From NCBI GenBank assembly GCA_048938895.1, contig JBHLLU010000001.1:96001-160000 (forward strand): a stretch of 64,000 bases of DNA, in the 5' to 3' direction. The notes beneath the pieces are model-generated. The model saw only the letters and a program-made list of their open reading frames with translations. It searched no databases and was not told the DNA's origin. Below are positions 38,748 through 48,604 of this stretch, one piece after another (position 1 is the first letter of the stretch; each line of letters begins with the position of its first letter). A program made the translations under genes and the position numbers. The stretch is from Promethearchaeota archaeon (GTDB taxonomy: Archaea; Asgardarchaeota; Lokiarchaeia; Sigyniarchaeales; SOKP01).

Positions 38748-40079
38748 TTAATTTAAATTTTCAATTACAACTGCAGTTCCCTGACCACCACCACACGACA
38801 TAGCTGCAAGACCATATTTTGCTTTTTTTTCTTTAAGAATTCTAGCTAATGTTGACGCGATTCTTAGGCTGGTTGCGGATGCTGGATTACCGATTGCTAT
38901 CGCACCTCCATGGATATTCATCTTATGTTCCCAATCAATCCCTAACTTATTAGCAGCATTAAGTGCAACGATACTAAAGGATTCATTAATTTCCCAATAA
39001 TCTATATTATCCATTTCTAAATTTGCATGCTTTAAAGCCATTTGAGCTGCTGGGACTACACCTCGTCCTCGTACAGTTGGATCTACTCCAGCAAAACCAA
39101 TCGAGATAACTTTCGACATGGGTTTTAAGTTATATTCTTTAATTGCTTTTTGCGATGCTAATAAACAGAGTGAAGCTCCATCACACAATGGAGAGCTATT
39201 TCCCGTTGTTATAATACCTTTCTCAGTCCCAAATTTTGCGACATATTCATCTCTTGTGAATATAGGATTTTTATAACCCCCTGCCCATCCAGGAGTGCTT
39301 ATGGGGGGTGAACTAGCAATATTTTCTAAAGTAACTGCTTTTTTAATAGATTGATCTTTTTCAATCTCAATTTCATTATTAGGGTCTCCTGCTTTATGAC
39401 CTTTCATACGCATTATTTCTTCTTTGAAATATCCATCTTCCTGAGCTTTTTCTGCCAAATTATGACTTCGAGCACTAAATTTATCTAATTCATCTTTAGT
39501 AAATATATCTGCTTCTTCCTCCACGAGTTTCTGTGCTGCCTGAAATAATAACCGACTTGTTTTCCAGTCGTATAAATCATCATTATACCATTTATTCTTT
39601 GGATCAAGCATCAGTTTATCTGGGGGAATTCCAAATACTTCCACTTTTCCGTTGTAACTGTGCAAGGGTACTCGAGTAAAATGATCAAAACCTAAAGTTA
39701 CCACCACATCAGAATAACCCAATGCAATATTTCCAAATCCAACATGTAAAGCTGTCATACCAGAACAATCCTGTTTATCGAATACCGTTGCAGGTACATG
39801 GAAAGGAAATTTTGCCATAAATCCAGGTATTCTTCCTCCAAATGTTCCGTGTTCGTGCTGTAATAATGTACCGCCAACCAAAACTTCACTTACATTCTCA
39901 GGTTTCAGTGTGCTGCCTTTATTTGGTATTCGATTGTCAAACATATCCCTCAAAACATGAGCTGCAAGTTCAGTACCCCATTTCTTACTAAAAACATCAT
40001 CGTCAGGCTCTAGAGGATTTGCTTGAGAAAATGGTGTCCTTACATGGTCTACTAAATATACTTCTTTTGCTTCTTTCAT
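38748..40079 (-). CDS. Thiolase-family protein with substituted catalytic residues (probable pseudo-enzyme)
   Basis: Full-length thiolase fold; DKQDCSG, GNPASATS, MSCGGGQG. Confidence 0.88.
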   Translation of the reverse strand: MKEAKEVYLVDHVRTPFSQANPLEPDDDVFSKKWGTELAAHVLRDMFDNRIPNKGSTLKPENVSEVLVGGTLLQHEHGTFGGRIPGFMAKFPFHVPATVFDKQDCSGMTALHVGFGNIALGYSDVVVTLGFDHFTRVPLHSYNGKVEVFGIPPDKLMLDPKNKWYNDDLYDWKTSRLLFQAAQKLVEEEADIFTKDELDKFSARSHNLAEKAQEDGYFKEEIMRMKGHKAGDPNNEIEIEKDQSIKKAVTLENIASSPPISTPGWAGGYKNPIFTRDEYVAKFGTEKGIITTGNSSPLCDGASLCLLASQKAIKEYNLKPMSKVISIGFAGVDPTVRGRGVVPAAQMALKHANLEMDNIDYWEINESFSIVALNAANKLGIDWEHKMNIHGGAIAIGNPASATSLRIASTLARILKEKKAKYGLAAMSCGGGQGTAVVIENLN

Positions 40080-40187
40080 ATTGTAATTTCTCTTTTTTAT
40101 TTAAAATATAAAAAATATAATGTTGAAATATTATGATTAAATAAAAATACTCTTAATTTTTTACCAAAAAAAAAAAATTAGGATAAG

Positions 40188-40970
40188 TTACTTACCCTTA
40201 AATATAGGTTTACGTTTTTCTACAAAAGCCGTAGCTGCTTCTCGATGATCCTCAGAAGCGTAACATCTAGTATTAAATTCACCTTCAACATTTAACATCT
40301 CATCAAATTTCTTATCATACCCTCGATGTATAGCTTCTTTCGAAAGGGCTAATGCTAACGGTGCCTGTTCTGCTAAATGATTGGCAAATTCCATTGTTTT
40401 GGGTATTAACTCGTCGTGAGGAAAAACGGCATTTACTAGCCCTATCTTCAAAGCTTCTTCAGCAAATATACGTTTACCACTAAATATTAATTCTTTTGCT
40501 TTATGAACTCCAATAAATTTAGGTAGTAGAAAACTTCCATTCATATCAGGAATTAAACCCATTCGAATAAAGAACTCTCCAAAACTTGCTTTTTCTGAGG
40601 CATATATTATATCACAGCTTAATGTTAAATTTGTCCCAAACCCTACAGCAACACCATTCACAGCAGCTATAATTGGTTTATATAATTTAAAGAAATCATA
40701 TGGATGTATAGTTGGGCTCCCTTCTCCGACTTTTTCTCTAAATTTCCCACTAGCAAACTCCTGTACATCGGCTCCCGCACAAAATGCTTTACCGGCTCCT
40801 GTTATAACTATTACTCTCACATCAGAATCCTCTTTAGCTAGTTTTAGTGAGTTCTTTAAATCAGCATTCATTTGGACATTTATGGCATTCATTCTTTCAG
40901 GGCGGTTCAGAGTTATAACTACTACTTTATCTATTTTTTCATATAACAATGTTTCATATTCCGGACTCAA
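40188..40970 (-). CDS. Enoyl-CoA hydratase/isomerase (PaaG-like)
   Basis: LNRPERMNA, AFCAGAD, KPIIAAVNGVAVG, FIRMGLIPD. Confidence 0.92.
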   Translation of the reverse strand: MSPEYETLLYEKIDKVVVITLNRPERMNAINVQMNADLKNSLKLAKEDSDVRVIVITGAGKAFCAGADVQEFASGKFREKVGEGSPTIHPYDFFKLYKPIIAAVNGVAVGFGTNLTLSCDIIYASEKASFGEFFIRMGLIPDMNGSFLLPKFIGVHKAKELIFSGKRIFAEEALKIGLVNAVFPHDELIPKTMEFANHLAEQAPLALALSKEAIHRGYDKKFDEMLNVEGEFNTRCYASEDHREAATAFVEKRKPIFKGK

Positions 40971-41167
40971 TATAACTCATCTCAATAAAATTGCAATGTT
41001 GAGTAAAATTGATGAATATAATATTTTATTCTTTTACCTTTTACTTAAAATTTAAAGATAAGACAACCAAACTATTAAGATAAATAATAAAACTTTATTT
41101 TCATTTCGTGTTTACATAAATACTAAAATAAATTATAGATAAAACCTATTAAATTCAGATGTTAAAA

Positions 41168-42295
41168 ATGAGTGAAGCAGATTATAGAGCAGCATCAAGA
41201 GTTTTAGCTAAAGCAGGTGGATTTCCTCACCAATGGTCTGAAACTCTGCATAAAATTTTAAAGAATACTATTAAAGATGAAAATCTTGATCTCGTAATGG
41301 CATTTGATAAAAATATCTCCCAAACAATGGAACAATTAAAAGAGAATAGTGGTTTATCAGAAGAAGAAATATTGAAAAAAGTAGATGCTTTAGCGAAGAC
41401 CGGTGTAATTTTCAACCAACCTAATCGTCAAGGAGTAATGGTATATCGACTATTGATGATGGGACGGCAATTCGAATATATCTTCATGCAAAACCTCGAA
41501 AAAACAGAGGAGAATTATAAACTAGCAAAATTGTTCCACAAACTAAATGAGGAATCAAGTCAATATGTTCAATCTAATTATGATGTGTTGAGTACCGCAG
41601 TGAAAAGGATGCCCGCTGTAGATCGAACAGTTTCCATATTAGAGGATCTAGAAACAGGAGAAGAAGTTAATATAATTGTTAACCAAGAGGTACAAGTGCC
41701 AACAGAAAAAATTTTACCTACTCAACGAATTAGAGAACTTATTGAAAAATATGATGACATTGCTGTAGGTCAGTGTTATTGTAGACAACATCAGGAATTC
41801 TTAGGAAATCCTTGTAAGCAAATTGAACTAACCCCAAGTTGCATGACATTAGGTAAATCTGCCAGGCATACTTCTAATCATGGTTTTTCTAAATTGGTAT
41901 CCAAAGAAGAAGCTCTTGAAATATTGAAAAAGTGTGAAGATGCAGGACTAGTCCACAAGGCTTATCATCTACACGGTGATACATCTAAGGAGGAAGTGGC
42001 AATCTGTAACTGTTGTAGCTGTTGTTGTTTAACCGCAAGAGATTGTTTAATTTTCCCTGTAGTAAATGCCACCAATTATTTAGCTAGTATTGATGAAGAC
42101 TTATGTATTGGCTGTGGTACTTGCGTCGATTTATGCTATAATAAAGCCATTGAACTAAATGATGAAGATAAGGCCGAAAGAATAGAAGAATACTGTGTTG
42201 GATGCGGTGTATGTGCATATCATTGTTCTGAAAATGCTATTTCTCTTATTGAAGGACCAAGAATGGTAAGAATGCTCCCTCCACGTAAAAATTAA
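41168..42295 (+). CDS. Cys-rich 4Fe-4S dicluster protein with N-terminal HTH-like domain
   Basis: CYCRQ...C...C, ICNCCSCCC, CIGCGTCVDLC, CVGCGVCAYHC. Confidence 0.88.
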   Translation: MSEADYRAASRVLAKAGGFPHQWSETLHKILKNTIKDENLDLVMAFDKNISQTMEQLKENSGLSEEEILKKVDALAKTGVIFNQPNRQGVMVYRLLMMGRQFEYIFMQNLEKTEENYKLAKLFHKLNEESSQYVQSNYDVLSTAVKRMPAVDRTVSILEDLETGEEVNIIVNQEVQVPTEKILPTQRIRELIEKYDDIAVGQCYCRQHQEFLGNPCKQIELTPSCMTLGKSARHTSNHGFSKLVSKEEALEILKKCEDAGLVHKAYHLHGDTSKEEVAICNCCSCCCLTARDCLIFPVVNATNYLASIDEDLCIGCGTCVDLCYNKAIELNDEDKAERIEEYCVGCGVCAYHCSENAISLIEGPRMVRMLPPRKN

Positions 42296-42403
42296 TTCTT
42301 TAAACTAATTCTTATTCATTTTTATTTTGTTTAAAATTATCTCTAAATTCAGAAAGATGATTTTATATGTATAGGAGTAAAATTAATTTTGTAATTATTT
42401 TTA

Positions 42404-42673
42404 ATGGATGAATTGAGAATTAAACGATATCGTGATAAAATAAATCACGTTATAGATTACAAAAACAACTTACCATTTGAGCCAAAAAATGAACTTGAAA
42501 AACCTGGAATTTCGAATTATTCCCAATTTACATCCAAATCTCCATAATAGAGAATTATCAAGTAGTCTTTGGCGATATATTAGAAGTTTCAGAATACTTT
42601 TATTCTTTTCGGAAAAAATGGGATGATTGTAAGTCGGATATTATCAAACCAGTTTTCAAAACATCGTTTATAA
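42404..42673 (+). pseudogene. Fused relic of a HEPN (DUF86/HepT) toxin 5' end and a minimal nucleotidyltransferase (MntA) antitoxin 3' end
   Basis: 42404: MDELRIKRYRDKINHVIDYKNNLPFEPKNELEKPGI; from 42511 in another frame FELFPIYIQISIIENYQVVFGDILEVSEYFYSFRKKWDDCK, then a shift to RILSNQFS. Resemblance to archaeal HEPN/MNT pairs is from recall. Confidence 0.65.
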
Positions 42674-42745
42674 CATTTGCATCAGTCTTTCAAAATCTCA
42701 AATGGAATTAAATTATTATTTGTAAAAAGAATAAAAAATTGAAAA

Positions 42746-43588
42746 TTACTTAATAATAGTATACGCATTTCCTAAAACTATTGTATCTCGCTCAGAACGT
42801 ACTTGAATTATGTAACGTCCGTTATCTTTCCAACCCTGTGTAGTAAGGGCTTCTCCAGGATATACTTCACTCGTAAATCGTGCTTTAAATTCCTTAAATC
42901 GAGAAACATCACCATCACAAAGACCATATACTATAGCTCGAGTTGCATGACCATAAGTACACAATCCATGAAGAATTGGCCGATCAAATCTTCCACTTCT
43001 TTTTGCAAAAGTAGGATCTATATGTAGAGGATTATAATCCCCACTCAGTCTATATATTGCTGCCTGATTTATATTGGTTTTATAAGTTATACTAAAATCA
43101 GGTTCTTTTCCTTCTGGGGGGTCTAGTGGTTCAGTTTTTGGACCACGATCTCCGCCCCATCCACCTTCCCCAATATAGAAATGAACATATTTATTCTCAA
43201 AAATTAGTTCATCTTCCATAGTTCTTCCAGAAATTCTTGTATGAATAACAGCAGCATTTCCCTTGTCAAATATGTTTTCACATACTCCTTTGACTTTAAA
43301 CTCTCCTTCTGAGGGAAAAGGTTTATAAAGTCTGATCATTTGTTCTCCATGAATAAAACGGGCTCCATCAATACTCTCTTTACTAAATCTAGGAAATCCA
43401 GCTCCTCCTATAATGCAAGCATAACTTGGAAAAACTTGTACTCCTCCGGGATACCTTTCATAAACAAATTGCAATTCATCAGGTTGAGCGCCAATCCCTA
43501 AATTATATAGAATTACATCTTTCCAAGTATATTTACGAGTTCTCTCTTCTGTCTCTTTACCTATTACATCTAAATCTAAACTTGTCAT
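42746..43588 (-). CDS. (R)-specific enoyl-CoA hydratase 2, double hot-dog MaoC family (MFE-2 hydratase-like)
   Basis: ILYNLGIGA, IHGEQ, hydratase-2 motif YRLSGDYNPLHIDP...ILHGLCTYG. Confidence 0.93.
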   Translation of the reverse strand: MTSLDLDVIGKETEERTRKYTWKDVILYNLGIGAQPDELQFVYERYPGGVQVFPSYACIIGGAGFPRFSKESIDGARFIHGEQMIRLYKPFPSEGEFKVKGVCENIFDKGNAAVIHTRISGRTMEDELIFENKYVHFYIGEGGWGGDRGPKTEPLDPPEGKEPDFSITYKTNINQAAIYRLSGDYNPLHIDPTFAKRSGRFDRPILHGLCTYGHATRAIVYGLCDGDVSRFKEFKARFTSEVYPGEALTTQGWKDNGRYIIQVRSERDTIVLGNAYTIIK

Positions 43589-43771
43589 TTTTGTTCTACC
43601 TTAAAATTTTTTAATTAATTTTTATCTCGAATAATTTATTAATTATTACTATTATTACATAAATTTTGTAAATCAATTCAAATTCTAATACCAAAGAATA
43701 AGTCAAATTCTCAATTGAGAAATTTATCAATAAATAAATAAAAAAAAATTTAGAAAATATTTTAAAGTAAA

Positions 43772-44713
43772 TTACATCATTCCTAATTCTTGTGGACTTG
43801 CTGCACCTTCTCTTTTATCGGGCAAATCTTTCATTAATTCAGGAAATTTATCAGCTAATTGTTTTACAGTAAAAGTTTGCCAATCGTTTGATATTTTCTT
43901 TACAGCCCGCCATCCACGATACACCCATACTTTATCGCCAATAGCTCTAAACACTTCTCCATTAATTCCCTTAGCTTCATCAGTAGCTAAATAAGCAACT
44001 AACGGTGCAAAATGAACTGGATTAAAGACATCGAAACCATCTTTCGTTTTTCTTTCCATAAATCCAGCCATTCTCGGTGTTAAATCAGTAGTCATACGGG
44101 TTCGTGCACTTGGAACAACACAATTAATAGTAGCATATTTAGCAAGTTCTCTTGATACAATAACTGTAAACGTTGCTATTCCAGATTTGGCAGCTCCGTA
44201 ATTTGATTGACCTACATTTCCATATAACCCAGAATCTGAAGCAGTATTAATAATTCTGCCAAAATTGCCTAAAGACTCATCTGCTTTACCTCGCTCTCTA
44301 AAATAAGCCCCAGCATGTCTAGTCAAATTAAACGTACCCTTCAAATGAACTGCAATAACAAGGTCAAATTCTTCTTCTGCCATGTTAAAGATCATTCTAT
44401 CCCTTAAAATGCCCGCATTGTTTACTACGATATCTAATTTGCCAAATTCACCAATAGTGTTATCTACCAAAGCTTTCATTTTATTATAATCAGCTACAGA
44501 GTCATAATTTGCTATTGCTTTAACTCCAAGAGCCTTAACCTCTTCTACAACTGAATCTGCAATCTTAGCGTCTTTATCGAGATGGGTAGCTCCCCCGCCA
44601 ATATCATTAATTACTAAATTGCATCCTTCTTTTGCCATAATTAATGCTTCTTCGCGGCCAACACCACGACCAGCCCCAGTTATTATGGCAACTTTTCCAT
44701 CTAACATTCCCAT
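43772..44713 (-). CDS. SDR oxidoreductase, (3R)-hydroxyacyl-CoA dehydrogenase/HSD17B4-like
   Basis: TGAGRGVG, VINDIGG, VNNAGILRD, SGLYGNVGQSNYGAAK, ARTRMT. Confidence 0.92.
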   Translation of the reverse strand: MGMLDGKVAIITGAGRGVGREEALIMAKEGCNLVINDIGGGATHLDKDAKIADSVVEEVKALGVKAIANYDSVADYNKMKALVDNTIGEFGKLDIVVNNAGILRDRMIFNMAEEEFDLVIAVHLKGTFNLTRHAGAYFRERGKADESLGNFGRIINTASDSGLYGNVGQSNYGAAKSGIATFTVIVSRELAKYATINCVVPSARTRMTTDLTPRMAGFMERKTKDGFDVFNPVHFAPLVAYLATDEAKGINGEVFRAIGDKVWVYRGWRAVKKISNDWQTFTVKQLADKFPELMKDLPDKREGAASPQELGMM

Positions 44714-44900
44714 AATTATATCACTTAAATTTTTAAAAATTTTTTTACTGTATGGAATTAAACTTTAACTTTAAATATTTCATATTATGAAGAACAAATC
44801 CCTTGATCTTCTTCTCTTCTATTCTTGAATTGTATTAAAACATCTTAAATTGTACAAGAATTCCAATTTTGAATTAAGAAATATAAAAAAAAAGAAAAGA

Positions 44901-46178
44901 TTATGCATCAAGATTTTCTATTATTGTTGCTACTCCTTGACCGCCCCCAACACAGGCGTTTGCTACACCATACTTAGCTTTTTTATCTTTTAGGATCCTT
45001 GCTAATGTTCCTGTAAGACGAATCATTGTGGATCCTAATGGGTGACCAATCGCAGTTGAGCCTCCCATAATATTAACTTTTTCCCATGGTAGATTAAATT
45101 TATCCATACAGTTCAATGTTACAATACAGAATGCTTCATTGATTTCCCAATAATCAATATCCTCAGCAGACATTCCAGCAACTTTTAAAGCTCGTTCTGT
45201 GGCAGGAACTGGACCTCGTCCCATTGTTGTAGGATCTACTCCTGCCCACCCTATTGATACAATTCTTGCCATTGGTTCAAGACCTCTCTTCTTTGCCTCT
45301 TCAGCTTCCATTAAAACTGCTGTCGTAGCTCCTGCATTCAGTGGCGAGGAATTTCCTACAGTAATTACACCTTGATCGGTTCCTTCTCTCTTTTCATACC
45401 CTTCTTTCCCTCCATTCTTTTCTAAATAAAACGGACGGGATAATCTTGGTAGTTTTGCGTGCCCTTCCATACTTGAGAGTCTCGCATTCATATCTCTATC
45501 TACCATTATTTTTTCTTCTACATTACCTTCAGCATGACCGGGGATTGGTATAATTTCACCTTTGAGCCAACCTTCTTCGTAACTTTTAACGGTTAAATTA
45601 TGGCTTCTTACTCCAAATTTATCCAAGTCTTCTTTTGTAAATGTTGGTACTTCTTCTTCATATAACTTCTGAGCTGTTTGGAGCATGTTGAAGGTTGTTT
45701 GTAGATCAAGATCAGGACGATAAAATATGCTATTTTTATCAGCCATCTTCATATTTGGGCTAGTTCCAGTACCTCTGCCACGACCCATATGTTCAAATCC
45801 ATTAGCTAAAACACATTTTGAATTTCCAGTCATAATTTCCATAATTCCTACATGCATACCAGAACCTGCTGAACCACACTGTCTATCTATGAAGAATGCA
45901 GGTACGGTTACTGGAAATCCTGCCATAAAGATGGGAAGTCTTCCTCCATAAGTCCAGCCTTCATTCACTCCTGCTGCAACCCCAACAGAAGCTTCTTCGA
46001 TATCCTTTTTTTCTATGCCTTTATCTGCTAATTTGTCATCAAAAAACTTCATTAATAACTGGGCTAACAATTCATCTCCTCTAGTATCACCAAAAACGTC
46101 TCTCTCTGGTGTTCTAGGTCTACATCGAGAAAATGCTGTACGGGCATAATCAATTAACCAAACTTCTTTTAAATCCAA
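44901..46178 (-). CDS. Acetyl-CoA C-acyltransferase (thiolase)
   Basis: DRQCGS, EINEAF, GHPLG, CVGGGQG. Confidence 0.94.
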   Translation of the reverse strand: MDLKEVWLIDYARTAFSRCRPRTPERDVFGDTRGDELLAQLLMKFFDDKLADKGIEKKDIEEASVGVAAGVNEGWTYGGRLPIFMAGFPVTVPAFFIDRQCGSAGSGMHVGIMEIMTGNSKCVLANGFEHMGRGRGTGTSPNMKMADKNSIFYRPDLDLQTTFNMLQTAQKLYEEEVPTFTKEDLDKFGVRSHNLTVKSYEEGWLKGEIIPIPGHAEGNVEEKIMVDRDMNARLSSMEGHAKLPRLSRPFYLEKNGGKEGYEKREGTDQGVITVGNSSPLNAGATTAVLMEAEEAKKRGLEPMARIVSIGWAGVDPTTMGRGPVPATERALKVAGMSAEDIDYWEINEAFCIVTLNCMDKFNLPWEKVNIMGGSTAIGHPLGSTMIRLTGTLARILKDKKAKYGVANACVGGGQGVATIIENLDA

Positions 46179-46413
46179 TATATTTTCACTTTTTTGTATA
46201 AGTTTTTTTTACTTGAAATTTTTAATTACCATTTAAAATTAAGGATGCTATTTTAAGAATTTTAATTTACATAATTAATTTAGATATTTTTAATTTGTAA
46301 AATTAGATTTTATTAAGAGCCCACTTTACTGTTGTACTGCTAAAAAATTGGAGTGAAAAAGTATTTATATACCAAAGACTATACCTTTCTATTATTTGTT
46401 GGTGAAAATATAA

Positions 46414-47217
46414 TTGAATAAATGGAATAGTGAACAGAAAAATCACAAATCTGGTTTTTTTCATCGAGAAAAACCTCGAATCCCTCCACTAGGAGAAATA
46501 AATTTTATTAAAGAAGTATTTCAATTTCGAAGCGCTATGGAAAAATTAGAATATCCTAATGAAGAGGATGTTGAATCTAAATGGGAGAGTGAAATGCATT
46601 CACTTGTGCAATGGTTAAAATCTTATCATGATAACATTATTGAAGATTTATCTTCTTTTCTTAAACTGGAAAATGAAAGTCTAAATGTCAATTCAATAAA
46701 TTCAACTATGGGGGAAGATTCTATTAAATTATTTATTCGAGAAAATGTTACAATTTTTAACATTATAGCTACTATGATGAATTACAGAAAATTACGGTTG
46801 AAATGGGTATTAATGGCAAGTCATGTTACCTATGATTCTTCTCTTCCTCCAAGGGATAAAGAGATTTTAATTCTAAGGATAGCATGGCTCTGTGGATCTC
46901 ACTATGAATGGAATCATCATGTACTTGTCGGAAAGCGAGTGGGGCTCTCAGAAGAAGAAATAAAAAGCATAAAAACTGGATCAAAAGCCCAAGGATGGGA
47001 TAATTTTGATAAATTGCTGTTAAACTCCGTTGATGAATTATATGAAAATAGAATTCTATCCGATACTACTTGGTTAGGTTTATCTAAAAAGTATGATGAA
47101 AAACAACTTATGGATTTAATTTTTGTTGTCGGTGCTTATAATATGCTGGCGATGTTCATGAATTCCATCGGATTTAAAACTGAAGAATGTGTAGAAGAAC
47201 AATTGAAAGAGATTTAA
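46414..47217 (+). CDS. Carboxymuconolactone decarboxylase/AhpD-like protein with N-terminal insertion
   Basis: LPPRDKEILILRIAWLCGSHYEWNHH...GLSEEEI...LMDLIFVVGAYNMLAMFMNS. Confidence 0.85.
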   Translation: MNKWNSEQKNHKSGFFHREKPRIPPLGEINFIKEVFQFRSAMEKLEYPNEEDVESKWESEMHSLVQWLKSYHDNIIEDLSSFLKLENESLNVNSINSTMGEDSIKLFIRENVTIFNIIATMMNYRKLRLKWVLMASHVTYDSSLPPRDKEILILRIAWLCGSHYEWNHHVLVGKRVGLSEEEIKSIKTGSKAQGWDNFDKLLLNSVDELYENRILSDTTWLGLSKKYDEKQLMDLIFVVGAYNMLAMFMNSIGFKTEECVEEQLKEI

Positions 47218-47246
47218 AAAACTAAAGTAAAAACTTCAAGTTATTT

Positions 47247-48473
47247 TTATAACCAATATACTAATATAAATCCAATTAATGGAAATATTGCAGCAAGAGG
47301 TAAGGTCAAGGTATAAGAAAACAGGATCCAAAGGAACGCGAAAACTTGATAAGAAATAATCTTTGCTACTTGAATATCTGTAACCCAGAGACCCATATAA
47401 AATGCTCTATCCATTGGTGCTCGATTAATAATATATTTAACGGCACCTGTATAGATACAAGACCATCCAAATCCCAATAGAATTTGCCCTAATATAAATA
47501 TGAAAAGGTTTCCTGTTGCTGAACCTCCCGCATAACATAATAATGTTAAAGCTGATAAAATGAAACCAATAGCCATCAATATCTTTTCTGAAATTTTAGG
47601 ATTATCAACAAGCCTACCATTAATCACCATCGCTATTATCTGTAAAATTGGATTAAGAGCAATTATAATACCTGCTGTGCTTGTAGAGAAACCTGTATCA
47701 GTTATAATATTTATCAATATTTGGACGAATGGAATTAATCCAAATTGACGGAAAAATACTGTAATAAAGAGTAAAGATTTTACTTTTACTCGTTTTCTAG
47801 TTGGTTCTTGAATCTTACCTTCTTCTAATACTAAATGATCTTTTTGTATATCTTTTACAGGTATTGCAAATAATAGTGAAATAGTAGTCGCAATAATTAA
47901 AAAGATGACTAATGAATTGATTCCAAAAACGCCTATCATAAAACTCGAACCGAGTACACCAATAGCAAAACCTGTACTCCTAATAGTACTAAATAGAGAT
48001 AATTGAACCCCACTAACCTCGAATGATTCCAAATTAAGGAGTAATTCTTTCCTCTTATTTTCTTTTTCTACAATATCAGCAAATAATGCATTTGATGTTG
48101 GCAAAAATATACCTAAAAATGCCCCCCTCATAAAATTTAATATACAGTGATATATGATATGATCACTTAGATATAATAGTAAAAAGACAATTATTGAAGC
48201 AAAGATACTAGAAATAAATAATAGCTTCCTACGACCTGTTTTATCACTTATTCTTCCTAAAAGCCATGAAAAAAGCGCCATTCCTACCCCCATCCAAGTC
48301 ATTGTAAATAAAATAGTTCCATCAGAAAAGCCTTTAGATTCTAGAAACTTGGGTAAGAAAGCAAAATAAGCATATCCTCCAATTCCTTCAAAGAACACAG
48401 CAATAGTGAGAGAAAATTTATTTACAAGAGACTTTTGTTCTTCAGATTTCAATCGGATTCGGATTGTTTTCAT
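47247..48473 (-). CDS. MFS transporter
   Basis: About 12 hydrophobic helices, motif A GRISDKTGRRK. Confidence 0.9.
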   Translation of the reverse strand: MKTIRIRLKSEEQKSLVNKFSLTIAVFFEGIGGYAYFAFLPKFLESKGFSDGTILFTMTWMGVGMALFSWLLGRISDKTGRRKLLFISSIFASIIVFLLLYLSDHIIYHCILNFMRGAFLGIFLPTSNALFADIVEKENKRKELLLNLESFEVSGVQLSLFSTIRSTGFAIGVLGSSFMIGVFGINSLVIFLIIATTISLLFAIPVKDIQKDHLVLEEGKIQEPTRKRVKVKSLLFITVFFRQFGLIPFVQILINIITDTGFSTSTAGIIIALNPILQIIAMVINGRLVDNPKISEKILMAIGFILSALTLLCYAGGSATGNLFIFILGQILLGFGWSCIYTGAVKYIINRAPMDRAFYMGLWVTDIQVAKIISYQVFAFLWILFSYTLTLPLAAIFPLIGFILVYWL

Positions 48474-48604
48474 AGCCTTAAAAAACAAATAATTTGTTTG
48501 TGCTGATTTGATATAAATTGAATCAATAAATTAAAAAAGCTAAAAAAAGGTTTTCAGATAACTATATCTCAATAAAAAAAAGAAAAAAGGAATAAGATTA
48601 ATTC

